A stretch of 44,065 nucleotides of DNA from Thermoanaerobaculia bacterium (GTDB lineage Bacteria; Acidobacteriota; Thermoanaerobaculia; UBA5066; Gp7-AA6): NCBI GenBank assembly GCA_038329555.1, contig JBBQNC010000002.1:1-44065 (forward strand). The letters run 5' to 3'. Positions 27,851 through 36,118 of the stretch are shown here, piece by piece. The position numbers and the translations under genes are program-made. How positions within the stretch are numbered: position 1 is the stretch's first letter; the number at the start of each line of letters is the position of its first letter. The notes beneath the pieces are model-generated. The model was not told the DNA's origin. It saw only the letters and a list, made by a program, of their open reading frames with translations, and made no database searches.

Positions 27851-28230
27851 GGTTGGCTCCTAAGAAATGGATTTCGAGTCGTTGGTCGGCGCCGAATGCC
27901 GGCCGGCCGCTTGGCTTCGGTCGGGGGGCTCCGGCGGACCTCGGGCGCATCCCGGGGGTTCCTCGGGACGTCCTGCTTTTTCCCAGGCAGATGCGTATCG
28001 GCCCATACAGAAAGATCCGCCGGGGTGAGAGCCGGAGCGCCTCTTTCGAAGAAGGTGGGACCCGCAGGGGCCTTCCCATGGAACGGTAGGCGTAACGCTT
28101 GTCACCCATAAGCATCCGCCGACACAGGTACCAGGGCCAGGAAGTGCTGAATTTTCAGGGCTTTGCCTGATCCGCTCTCCTCAGAATCAGGCGCCTCGCA
28201 ACCCGGGCCCCGGAGGACCCAACGGCGAAC

Positions 28231-29290
28231 CTAATTTTCCGGGTTCGCCGAGAAGCTCACGCTGCTGCTGAGCTCGGCAACGAATGAGCTGAGGGGATCG
28301 GTCCGATCTGCTAAGTCCCGTAACCACCGCAGCCACCGTTCCATCGGCGCGTTTTCGGCGATCGGGCCCAGGCGCTTCGAGGCGGCATTCTCGAGGGCGG
28401 CCAGAAAGGCCCGGAGCTCCTGGTTGTTCCACGCCTGGAGGTTCTTTTTCAAGGGCCAAGAGCCGAGCCTGCTCGCGCATCCAGCGCCGCTCCTCTTCGA
28501 GCCGACGTTGGCGAGCTCGATGTGCTTCGAGCCGGCGCGGGCGAACGACGGTCACCGAGATTCGAACCAGCGCGACGATGATTTCGTTGATGCGTGATTC
28601 CAGCGGCCGGTTCTTGCGATCCGACCACCGATGCTGCAATCCCTCCGTGTATTCGTGGATCGTGAACGACCGCTCGATGTGTAGTCGTATCGCGGGATAC
28701 CCCAGCCGTGGCCCTTTTCGCGGTCGGATTCCTCTCGGACAGTGAGGACGTGGTCCGATTGGCGGTTGGGTTCTTCGCACCGAAAGCTCCTCGCCATACA
28801 CTCCGATTCTTGTGCCTAGTTGCGATCGTCGCCGACCTTCACTGTGAACCCGCGCTCCTCGCAGGCCTTGAACAGCGAATCGAAGAACCGCAGCGCGCGA
28901 GGCACTGTTTCGCCGATACTCGGATCGGCAGCGGGTTTCCGCGGGTAGCGAACACGCCCTCGATCCCCGGTGTCCGCGGTCTGAGACCGCCCCTCGCCTG
29001 AGCTACCAACGCATGGGGCCGAACCAAGTGGTCGGGAACGACGATCGGATGTTCCCGCTCGTACGCAATCTGAGCCGGCACGTCCGGATGCTCCTCCCTG
29101 TCCTTGCCGGGATCGCCGGTGATCGAAACCTGGGTCTCGGGAGGCGGATCGGCTGGCAGCGGGTCGCTGCTCCATTACGTGTCGGAACGAACTCAGGCCC
29201 TCGCGCTGACACTCGGCAATTGGATGGTGATTGCCGACGATCGCGGCATCTGCCGTCGGCTGCTGCCTGGCCTTGATCCTTGGGTTTCCT
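28231..29290 (-). pseudogene. Multiply frameshifted hypothetical gene (island cargo)
   Basis: Protein-like stretches are spread over all three minus frames: ...KARQQPTADAAIVGNHHPIAECQREGLSSF / PETQVSITGDPGKDREEHPDVPAQIAYEREHPIVVPDHLVRPHALVAQ / ETVPRALRFFDSLFKACEERGFTVKVGDDRN* / FTIHEYTEGLQHRWSDRKNRPLESRINEIIVALV..RRLEEERRWMREQARLLALE / KNLQAWNNQELRAFLAALENAASKRLG... Confidence 0.6.
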
Positions 29291-29303
29291 ACACCCTACG
29301 GGT

Positions 29304-31310
29304 TCAGTGCACAGCCCACGCAACTCCTCCGGTCAGCGTGATCGAGGCCTCGTCGCCTTCTACCGTCTCAATCGTGAAGGGTAGGTCTTCCGGCATCTTG
29401 AAGAGAACCATGTCGTTGTATGTCTTGGTGAGAAGTGGGGCGAGCAGGTTAGCGACCCACCCGACAATCCCCTTGCATTTCGGGCGGATCTGGACGTTGG
29501 AAAGAACGAACGCTCGCGCGTTCTTGTCGATTACGAGGTCGGCCTTTCCTTCCGGTCCGCACTCTTCGCGGAATAAACTCTTTTTCTTTTCCCGTTTCTC
29601 GGCGACGAATCGGAATTTCGTGTAGAAGCAGTTCTTGCCGCAGGGCCGAAAAGCGGTCGGCTCGATTGACAGGGACACGCGCTCGATTACGGGCGCATTC
29701 TGAATCCACCGCGCGCGGATCGCCTCGAAAGCCGCCTTCTCGATCGGCGCCCACGGCGCCTTGAAGGTGTAGGTCCCGGCGATCGTCCCTTCGTTTCCAG
29801 CGCCTATGTCCTCGAGATGTAACCGGGCGGAGAGCGGACCCGTGAAGTCGAGAGGGATGCGGCGTTCTTTCAGGCTTTCGACCGGGTACTTGACGACGAA
29901 CGGGTAGCGCAATCTGTAGTTGAAATCGATGGTCATGTCCCCGGTCGCGCGATTCTCCGATAGCTTCAGACCTTTCGTTTCGAGGCGTACGTCGGAGAGT
30001 GCAATGCGGCTTTCTTGGCGCCGGATCTCCCCAGTCTTGCCGAGAAGGGTCGCGTCGAGGATCCCGCTCAGTCCGCCGCGGGGCGCCATCGCGAGACTTG
30101 TGAGCTCGAACCGGGAACCTTCTCCGAGATCAACGACAACGCCCCCAGGCCCCTGATAGCGGCCACTCGTCAGAACCAACGCCAGCCGCGCAGCCGAGAA
30201 CTTTGTCTCGAGTACGCCCGACTCTCCTCGAGCGACGTCGAACCGTGCCGCGGTGAGTCGGCCCGTGGAGAAGGCAAGACGGCCCTCGTTGAACGCGAGC
30301 TCTCCCTTCTTCAAGCGGCAATCCAGCGTCCCGCGCATCGTCAGCGTCCCGGCCTCCGTGCCAACCGCCGGACGGAATTCCGCAGACTCGATCCCCAGAA
30401 CGAGCGGGTCATGCCCCTCCGGGTCTCGCGCCGTCTCGAAGAACAGGGAGGGCCCGATGTCGAGGCGGCGGTCCTCAAACAGCCCCAGGGTCGAATCGGA
30501 GATGCGTACGGCGGCGACAAGCGCCAGCGCAGCGGCGGGTGAAGGTCCCGCGGCCGAACTGCCCGGGGCTGCGGCCGGAGCGCGTGCTTCATCGCCGACA
30601 ACCAGATTGCCGCGCATGAGCTCAGCAACTTCGGTGTGAAAATGGATCTTTCCGAGCGAGGTGAGCACGAGAGGGCGAAACACCGAGACGAGAGGGCGGA
30701 GGATCCCGCGCCCATGAAAAACGGCCCTGGTAAGCGTGCCGCGCGCGTCCACCGAGACTTCCTGGACGACGACGCTCGGCCGCAAGCCCCGGCCGACGAA
30801 CACGAGATCGCCGCCGTCCACGCGGTAGTCGAGAGACCGGACCCGTCCCTCGTCGGCCTCGACCAGGATGTGCGCAGTCGGGGTTCCGACTGTCTCGAGC
30901 GACCAGCTCTGGATGAGGGGCGACTTCCCGGGGCGGAACTCCACGTTCATCGCGAGGTGTCCCGACCGGACGGCGCCAGCGACCTGATCGACGAGGGCTC
31001 CTGCGGGCGCGCCCGGCCCGGGCGAAGGAACAGGTGTCTGGGATGGAGTGGCTGTTGCGGGGGCCTGCGTTCCATTCGAGAGAGCCGCCATCGCGCGCAT
31101 TGGGGCCTGCGCGTACGCGGGCGGTGCCACGACTAACGCCGGCGAAAGAAGAGCGCCCGGCAGGACGTTGACGATCAGAGGCAGGGAAGTCTCGATGGTT
31201 CGCTCGCCTCGCGATCTGTCCGATGAGGGGTCTTGGGACTCCGGAAGCGCGGCGAGAAGCAGGAATCCGATGCAAAAAAAGCCGGTGGTCGAGTGTCTTG
31301 CTCGGTTCAA
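29304..31310 (-). CDS. Large secreted protein of unknown function (668 aa)
   Basis: Track ORF 29304..31640 trimmed to the TTG at 31310 (GGAGGA 5 nt upstream), which gives signal peptide (M)NRARHSTTGFFCIGFLLLAALPES. The body is long and beta-rich. I recognise no motif. Confidence 0.6.
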   Translation of the reverse strand: MNRARHSTTGFFCIGFLLLAALPESQDPSSDRSRGERTIETSLPLIVNVLPGALLSPALVVAPPAYAQAPMRAMAALSNGTQAPATATPSQTPVPSPGPGAPAGALVDQVAGAVRSGHLAMNVEFRPGKSPLIQSWSLETVGTPTAHILVEADEGRVRSLDYRVDGGDLVFVGRGLRPSVVVQEVSVDARGTLTRAVFHGRGILRPLVSVFRPLVLTSLGKIHFHTEVAELMRGNLVVGDEARAPAAAPGSSAAGPSPAAALALVAAVRISDSTLGLFEDRRLDIGPSLFFETARDPEGHDPLVLGIESAEFRPAVGTEAGTLTMRGTLDCRLKKGELAFNEGRLAFSTGRLTAARFDVARGESGVLETKFSAARLALVLTSGRYQGPGGVVVDLGEGSRFELTSLAMAPRGGLSGILDATLLGKTGEIRRQESRIALSDVRLETKGLKLSENRATGDMTIDFNYRLRYPFVVKYPVESLKERRIPLDFTGPLSARLHLEDIGAGNEGTIAGTYTFKAPWAPIEKAAFEAIRARWIQNAPVIERVSLSIEPTAFRPCGKNCFYTKFRFVAEKREKKKSLFREECGPEGKADLVIDKNARAFVLSNVQIRPKCKGIVGWVANLLAPLLTKTYNDMVLFKMPEDLPFTIETVEGDEASITLTGGVAWAVH

Positions 31311-31842
31311 GCGGGTCCTCCAGCCTCGGGAAGCAGGGACGAGGACGCAAGCCGAGCATAGCGCATCGCGCAGGGCTTGAAAGCTGGCGCTGCGTACTTG
31401 GTCCCCCAATACGCTGTGCCGTCGTGAGCCTGCCTCGAGCGTGCGGCAGAACGGGCTGTCAAGATGCGGCGCCGTTCGCCGCGACGAGAGCCTTGGAAGC
31501 TTGCGTTCTTTCAACCCCGCCGTGAAAGCATGAGATCCTTGGCGGTCGCATGAGACATCGCACGGCGGCACTTGGGTTGTTGGGTGGACTCGGGTGATCG
31601 CTTTGGCAGCGCGCGCCGGTGCGCATCGACCGCTCGCCATCCGCCCAGAGGGTTCCGATCATCACCCATCCATCTGACGCAACCGCGACCGCACGGCTTC
31701 AGAAGATCACCACTCCGGGTACCATCGTCGTTCCGGCAGGAGCGACCGAGCTTGAAATCGTCGTCGAAATGCTTGGCTACATTACGGCCGTCGCGGATGA
31801 ACGGTCGGTGGTCAGGCGTCGAAAGTGCTATGCGGCACATAG

Positions 31843-32733
31843 ATGGTGCTGGAGTGCCGGATGAAGGTTCGATGGAAAGAGTGGCGTCGCGTGCTCTGGC
31901 AGACGGTAACGAGCTTCGGCAAGCACCGGTGTTTGGCCGAGAGCGCCGGACTCTCGTTTTACACGCTCTTCTCGCTTGCTCCCGTGCTGATTGTGACGAT
32001 CGCGGTGGGCAGGGCGTTTTTCGGAGCCGCCGCCGTGCGAGGGCAGGTCGTCCACCAGTTCACAAGCGTGATGGGACCGGCTCAGGCGGAGCTCGTCCAG
32101 CGGCTCCTACAGAGGGCGATGCGCGACCAGAAGAGCGGCCTCGCCGCCGTTCTTGGGGGACTTACGATGCTCTTCGGCGCGACGGCCTTGTTCGCGCAGC
32201 TCCAGAGCTCGTTGAACCGCGTTTGGGAGGTGGCGCCCAAGCCCGGCCACCTAATCCAGTCGTTGCTCAAGAAGCGGATCGCCTCCTTCTCGATTCTCCT
32301 CGGAATCGGCTTTCTGCTGCTGGTCTCGCTCGCGCTTTCGGCAGCGATCGCGGGGTTCCAGGAGTGGATTGAAATGCATTACAAAGTCTCAGCAGCTCTG
32401 CTGAGTTCTTTGAACGTCGGCGTATCCTTTCTGCTCTCCACAGTTCTCTTCGCAATGATTTATCGCATCTTGCCAGACTGCGAGATCGCGTGGAGAGACG
32501 TTGCGCCCGGCTCGATCGCCGCATCAATCGCGTTCGTAGGAGGAAAGTGGCTCTTCGGCCTCTACATCGGCAAGACCGCGGTCGCGTCGCCCTACGGGAC
32601 CGCCGGCGCTCTCGTCGTGATCCTCCTCTGGGTCTACTACGCCACATCGATCCTTCTTCTCGGAGCCGAGTTCACGCGAGCGCACTCGAAGATGACGCCT
32701 GGATCATCTCGAATTCGCCTCGTCGCTCGCTAG
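31843..32733 (+). CDS. YihY/BrkB-family membrane protein
   Basis: AESAGLSFYTLFSLAPVLIVTIAV and GGLTMLFGATALFAQLQSSLNRVWEV are present, with six hydrophobic spans. An alternative start is at 31861. Confidence 0.8.
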   Translation: MVLECRMKVRWKEWRRVLWQTVTSFGKHRCLAESAGLSFYTLFSLAPVLIVTIAVGRAFFGAAAVRGQVVHQFTSVMGPAQAELVQRLLQRAMRDQKSGLAAVLGGLTMLFGATALFAQLQSSLNRVWEVAPKPGHLIQSLLKKRIASFSILLGIGFLLLVSLALSAAIAGFQEWIEMHYKVSAALLSSLNVGVSFLLSTVLFAMIYRILPDCEIAWRDVAPGSIAASIAFVGGKWLFGLYIGKTAVASPYGTAGALVVILLWVYYATSILLLGAEFTRAHSKMTPGSSRIRLVAR

Positions 32734-32940
32734 AGCTCGGCTCCGCGAGGCGGCCCGGCCAATTAGGCCGCCTACTCCTCGTCACCTGGGAACGGGAACC
32801 AGCCTGCCGGGGGTCAGACTTTAGGAGCTCGACGAACTCGACCCGCATCAGGATGAAGCGGCGCTTCTACAAAATCAAACGAAAAGTTCGCCGCTGCGTG
32901 AACCTCTTCGGTGACCCTCTCGGCTTCTTCCCAAGCTCCA

Positions 32941-32973
32941 GCGGGAAAGGAAAGGACGCGGAAAACCGCGTCC
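32941..32973 (-). terminator. Terminator hairpin downstream of tRNA-Ser(UGA)
   Basis: Minus strand reads GGACGCGG-TTTT-CCGCGTCC followed by TTTCCTTTCCC. Confidence 0.55.
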
Positions 32974-32991
32974 CTTCGAAACGTTGTTTGT

Positions 32992-33081
32992 TGGCGGAGG
33001 AGGAGGGATTTGAACCCCCGGTGCCGTCTCCGGCACAGTGGTTTTCAAGACCACCGCCTTAAACCACTCGGCCACTCCTCC
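32992..33081 (-). tRNA. tRNA-Ser (anticodon UGA), CCA encoded
   Basis: Sense strand is GGAGGAG-TG-GCCGAGTGGTTTAAGGC-GGTGGT-CTTGAAA-ACCACT, then variable arm GTGCCGGAGACGGCAC, then CGGGGGTTCAAATCCCTC-CTCCTCC-G-CCA. Confidence 0.9.
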
Positions 33082-33253
33082 GGATCATCATTCTAGGGGG
33101 AGCCCGGGCGGGCCGCCCTGCGGGCGTGTTAGAATCTCCCCACAGTACAAATTCTGATCGATACCCGGCTGGCGGCGGGATTTTCTGTCCCGCCGTTTCG
33201 AAGGGGGCTGTTCCACGGATATTCCGCCGTGGAATGTGCAAAGGAGCGACGAA

Positions 33254-34309
33254 ATGCGGCGAACCTCCCGGTATTTCCTTCCTCGTCTCGCGGGCGTGTG
33301 TCTCGCCGTCTTTCTCGGTGTCCTGCTTGCCCCTCGGGCCGAGGCACAGCCTTTCGGCGCCTGGATGACCACGACCACGGTCACCGGACGCTATATCGAG
33401 ATTGCGAGCTCGCCGGCTTTGAATCCCACCGACCAGATCACCATCGAGGCCTGGGTGGTCGTCAACAACGGGGGCGGCTGTAAGAGCCTTTTCGGGAAGG
33501 GCTACCAGACGACTTACTGGGTGGGCGTATGCGGAACGACTCTGCGCGGATATCTCAAGGGGAGCTCGTCGCTCCACGACGGCGGGACCGTGCCGGTCGG
33601 CGAATGGACCCACGTCGCGGTCACGTTCGATGGAACGACGCAGCGCCACTTGATCAACGGCGAGCTCATATCTTCCTTTCCCGTCGCAGCACCCTTGACG
33701 ACCAATTCCTCCGCCGTCCGAATCGGAAGCGACGTCGACTACGACCTCGAGCCGAACGGCGCCATCGATGAAGTGAGGCTCTGGAACGTCGCCCGCACCA
33801 CGGAAGAGATCCGGAGCACGATCAACGTTCCCGTGACGACAGCTCTTCCGGGCCTGGTCGCGGTGTGGCCTCTCGACGGAAGCGGCACGGATGTCGTCGG
33901 CGGACACAACGGCGCGATCGTCGGCGGCGTGACATTCTTGAACGGCGCAGTCGCTCTCGGTTGCTCCCCTTCCGCGACGTTTCTCTGTCTCAACGGGCGA
34001 TTCAGCGTCGGCGTCTCGTGGCGCGACTTCGCAGGCCACACCGGCGTCGGAACCGTCGTGCCGGGGGCGAGCGCCGATTCGGGGATCTTCTGGTTCTTCG
34101 CTCCGAACGCGTGGGAAGTCATGGCCAAGACCGTGGATGGATGCGGCTTCAACAACCGCCACTGGGCCTTCGGCGCGGCGACGACGAACGTCTTCTATCG
34201 GCTGGAGTTCACGGACGTCCGCGCCGGACAGAGCAAGATCTACTTCAACTACCCCGGAGTCTCTTCGCCGGCGGTCACGGACGCGGCGGCTTTCGCGACC
34301 TGCCCCTAG
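33254..34309 (+). CDS. Secreted LamG (concanavalin-A-like lectin) domain protein with Cys-bounded C-terminal domain
   Basis: ATG at 33254 (AAGGAG 7 nt upstream). Signal peptide is MRRTSRYFLPRLAGVCLAVFLGVLLAPRAEA. LamG-like ITIEAWVVV...GEWTHVAVTFDG...IDEVRLWNVARTTEEI is present. Confidence 0.8.
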   Translation: MRRTSRYFLPRLAGVCLAVFLGVLLAPRAEAQPFGAWMTTTTVTGRYIEIASSPALNPTDQITIEAWVVVNNGGGCKSLFGKGYQTTYWVGVCGTTLRGYLKGSSSLHDGGTVPVGEWTHVAVTFDGTTQRHLINGELISSFPVAAPLTTNSSAVRIGSDVDYDLEPNGAIDEVRLWNVARTTEEIRSTINVPVTTALPGLVAVWPLDGSGTDVVGGHNGAIVGGVTFLNGAVALGCSPSATFLCLNGRFSVGVSWRDFAGHTGVGTVVPGASADSGIFWFFAPNAWEVMAKTVDGCGFNNRHWAFGAATTNVFYRLEFTDVRAGQSKIYFNYPGVSSPAVTDAAAFATCP

Positions 34310-34312
34310 CTC

Positions 34313-34357
34313 GAAAAGGGCTTCCGGCGGCGCCGGGAGCCCCTTTTCCTCTTTCTT
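34313..34357 (+). terminator. Rho-independent terminator after the LamG gene
   Basis: GAAAAGGGCTTCCGG-CGGCG-CCGGGAGCCCCTTTTC forms a near-perfect long stem, followed by CTCTTTCTT. Confidence 0.65.
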
Positions 34358-34497
34358 CTAGCGGGCTGCTGAGAAAGGGTGTGAGGCGGGTAAACGCCGG
34401 CAGTAGCCGGCGTACCCTACTGCCGGGGGTCTGCCTCTGGTGGTCGGGAGGCGAGCGCCGCGGGGTCGGATGAATCCGTTTTTCAGCAGCCTGCTAG
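34358..34497. mobile_element. MITE-like element, copy A (140 bp)
   Basis: Ends are CTAGCGGGCTGCTGAGAAA...TTTTTCAGCAGCCTGCTAG. It shares both termini and an internal 22-mer GCGAGCGCCGCGGGGTCGGATG with copy B. Confidence 0.65.
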
Positions 34498-36083
34498 CCG
34501 CGGCCGAACCCGGTGTCGTCCAGGCTCTGATACTCGCGGAGCTGCCGCTCGAGCTCCTTTCGGTCGGTGATGTCGCGGTGAACGAAGATCGCCGCGCAGA
34601 TGCGGCCGAATTCGTCCAGGTGCGGGACGACCACGGTCTCGCAGGTCCCTCGCGCGCCGTCCTTCCGGCGAAAACGCACGAGCCCGGACCATCGGCCCTG
34701 GCGGCGCATCCCCTCGATCATCCTGGACAGGAGATCGCGGTCTTCTGCGGGCGAGAGGATCGTCTCGGGCGTCTTTCCCATCAGGCCCTCTCTCGTGTGC
34801 CCGAACATCTTCTCCGCGCCCGGGTTGCAATCGACGATCTTGCCCGACAGGTCGGTGACGAGGACCCCGTCGAACATGTGCTCGAACGTCCGCGCCTGCC
34901 GCCGGAGAATTTCCTCCATGCGTGCCCGGTCCGTCACGTCCCGGAAGCTCCAGACGCGGCCGATGATTCGCCCCCGGACGCGCTGCGGTTGAGAGTACCG
35001 CTCGAAGGTCCGCCCGTCGTGGAACTCGAGCCAGTCGAAGCTCTGCGATTCGGGGTGCTGGTAGAGGTCCCTGACCTTGCGGAGGAAGGCGTCGGGCGCC
35101 TTCAGCTGGTCGAGCACGAAGGCGAGCGCTTTCTCGTCGTCGCGGGAACCGACGATCACCTCGGGAATCCGCCACATCTCGACGAACTTGCGGTTGTAGG
35201 TCACGATCTTCCCCTCGACGTCGACGATCAGCAGGCCGTCCGCGGTCGACTCGAGAGCCGCCTCCAGCAACGACAGCGATCGCCCGCGCTCTTCGTCCGC
35301 CCGCACGCGCGCGGTGACGTCCCGGAAGCTCCAGACGCGCGCGTGGGTGGGATCGTCCGGTCCACGCCGGGCCGGTGAGTAGCGCTCGAACGTCCGGCCG
35401 TCCTTGAAATGCAGCACGTCGAGACTTTCGTCGGATGGCCTCGCGTAACGGTCCATCGTCTTCGTCACGAAGTCACCGGGGTCGACGATCTGATCGAGAA
35501 CGAACGCGAGCGCCTGGTTGTCGTCCCCGGAGGCGACGACCTCGTCCGGTATTCTCCACATCTCGACGAAGCGGCGGTTGTAGTTGAGAATCCGCCCATT
35601 CTCGTCGACAACCAGAATCCCGTCGGCCGTCGAGTCGAGCGTGGAGCGCAGAAGCGCCATCGATCGCTCGAGATTCTCCTGCTCGCGCCGGCGGTCGGAG
35701 ACGTCGAGGGCGATACCCAGGACGCCTTCCACGGCGCCCGACTTGTTCCGCAGGGGCTCGAGGTGCACCGAGAACGTCCGGTTCCGCCAGACGAGCTCGT
35801 AGGCGGCCGGATCTCCCGCGAGCGCGCGGCGGTGGCCGGCCAGGGCAGCGTGCTCCGGGTCGTTCGTGCCGAGGTAATCGGCGACCGTCATACCCGTGAG
35901 CTGTCCAGGGGCGAGCCCCAGCGCGGCGAGCCCTCCCCCCGTGGAAGAGGTGAACTTCAGGTCCGTGTCGGTCGTCCAGATGATCGCCGCGACCTGGTCG
36001 GCGAGGACCCGCAGCATTTCCTTTCGCCGGGCGGGCGGCTCGCCTGCCCCCTTCCGCGTCGGCGTGCGCGGCCGTTTATTCAT
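34494..36083 (-). CDS. Multi-PAS-domain sensor protein without recognisable output domain
   Basis: ATG at 36083 inside track ORF 34494..36467. There are four PAS-like units; units 2 and 3 are near-duplicates (STADGILVVDENGRILNYNRRFVEMWRIP... versus STADGLLIVDVEGKIVTYNRKFVEMWRIP...). The stop TAG lies in the MITE terminus. Confidence 0.8.
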   Translation of the reverse strand: MNKRPRTPTRKGAGEPPARRKEMLRVLADQVAAIIWTTDTDLKFTSSTGGGLAALGLAPGQLTGMTVADYLGTNDPEHAALAGHRRALAGDPAAYELVWRNRTFSVHLEPLRNKSGAVEGVLGIALDVSDRRREQENLERSMALLRSTLDSTADGILVVDENGRILNYNRRFVEMWRIPDEVVASGDDNQALAFVLDQIVDPGDFVTKTMDRYARPSDESLDVLHFKDGRTFERYSPARRGPDDPTHARVWSFRDVTARVRADEERGRSLSLLEAALESTADGLLIVDVEGKIVTYNRKFVEMWRIPEVIVGSRDDEKALAFVLDQLKAPDAFLRKVRDLYQHPESQSFDWLEFHDGRTFERYSQPQRVRGRIIGRVWSFRDVTDRARMEEILRRQARTFEHMFDGVLVTDLSGKIVDCNPGAEKMFGHTREGLMGKTPETILSPAEDRDLLSRMIEGMRRQGRWSGLVRFRRKDGARGTCETVVVPHLDEFGRICAAIFVHRDITDRKELERQLREYQSLDDTGFGRG

Positions 36084-36118
36084 GGCGTCGGCAAATCTTA
36101 CGCGAGCCGGGCCGTTGG

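Larger units (their letters stand above)
26555..32991. mobile_element. Decayed genomic-island-like accessory segment abutting the 3-prime end of tRNA-Ser(UGA)
   Basis: G+C is lower by spot counts. It contains broken genes at 26998-27850 and 28231-29290, an HTH remnant and an orphan secreted protein. It is bounded on the right by the tRNA 3-prime end. No integrase is present. Confidence 0.5.

Noticed and set aside
32860-33062. A small + strand ORF (MKRRFYKIKRKVRRCV...) in the spacer before tRNA-Ser(UGA)
   Set aside because: It has no convincing RBS. It runs across the terminator hairpin and into the tRNA gene on the opposite strand. It is part of a longer non-coding-looking track ORF (32490..33062).
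34358-34497. The idea that the MITE insertion truncated the PAS gene and removed its output domain
   Set aside because: The sequence beyond the element is the LamG gene terminator and the LamG gene on the other strand. No kinase or GGDEF coding remnant exists in any frame there.
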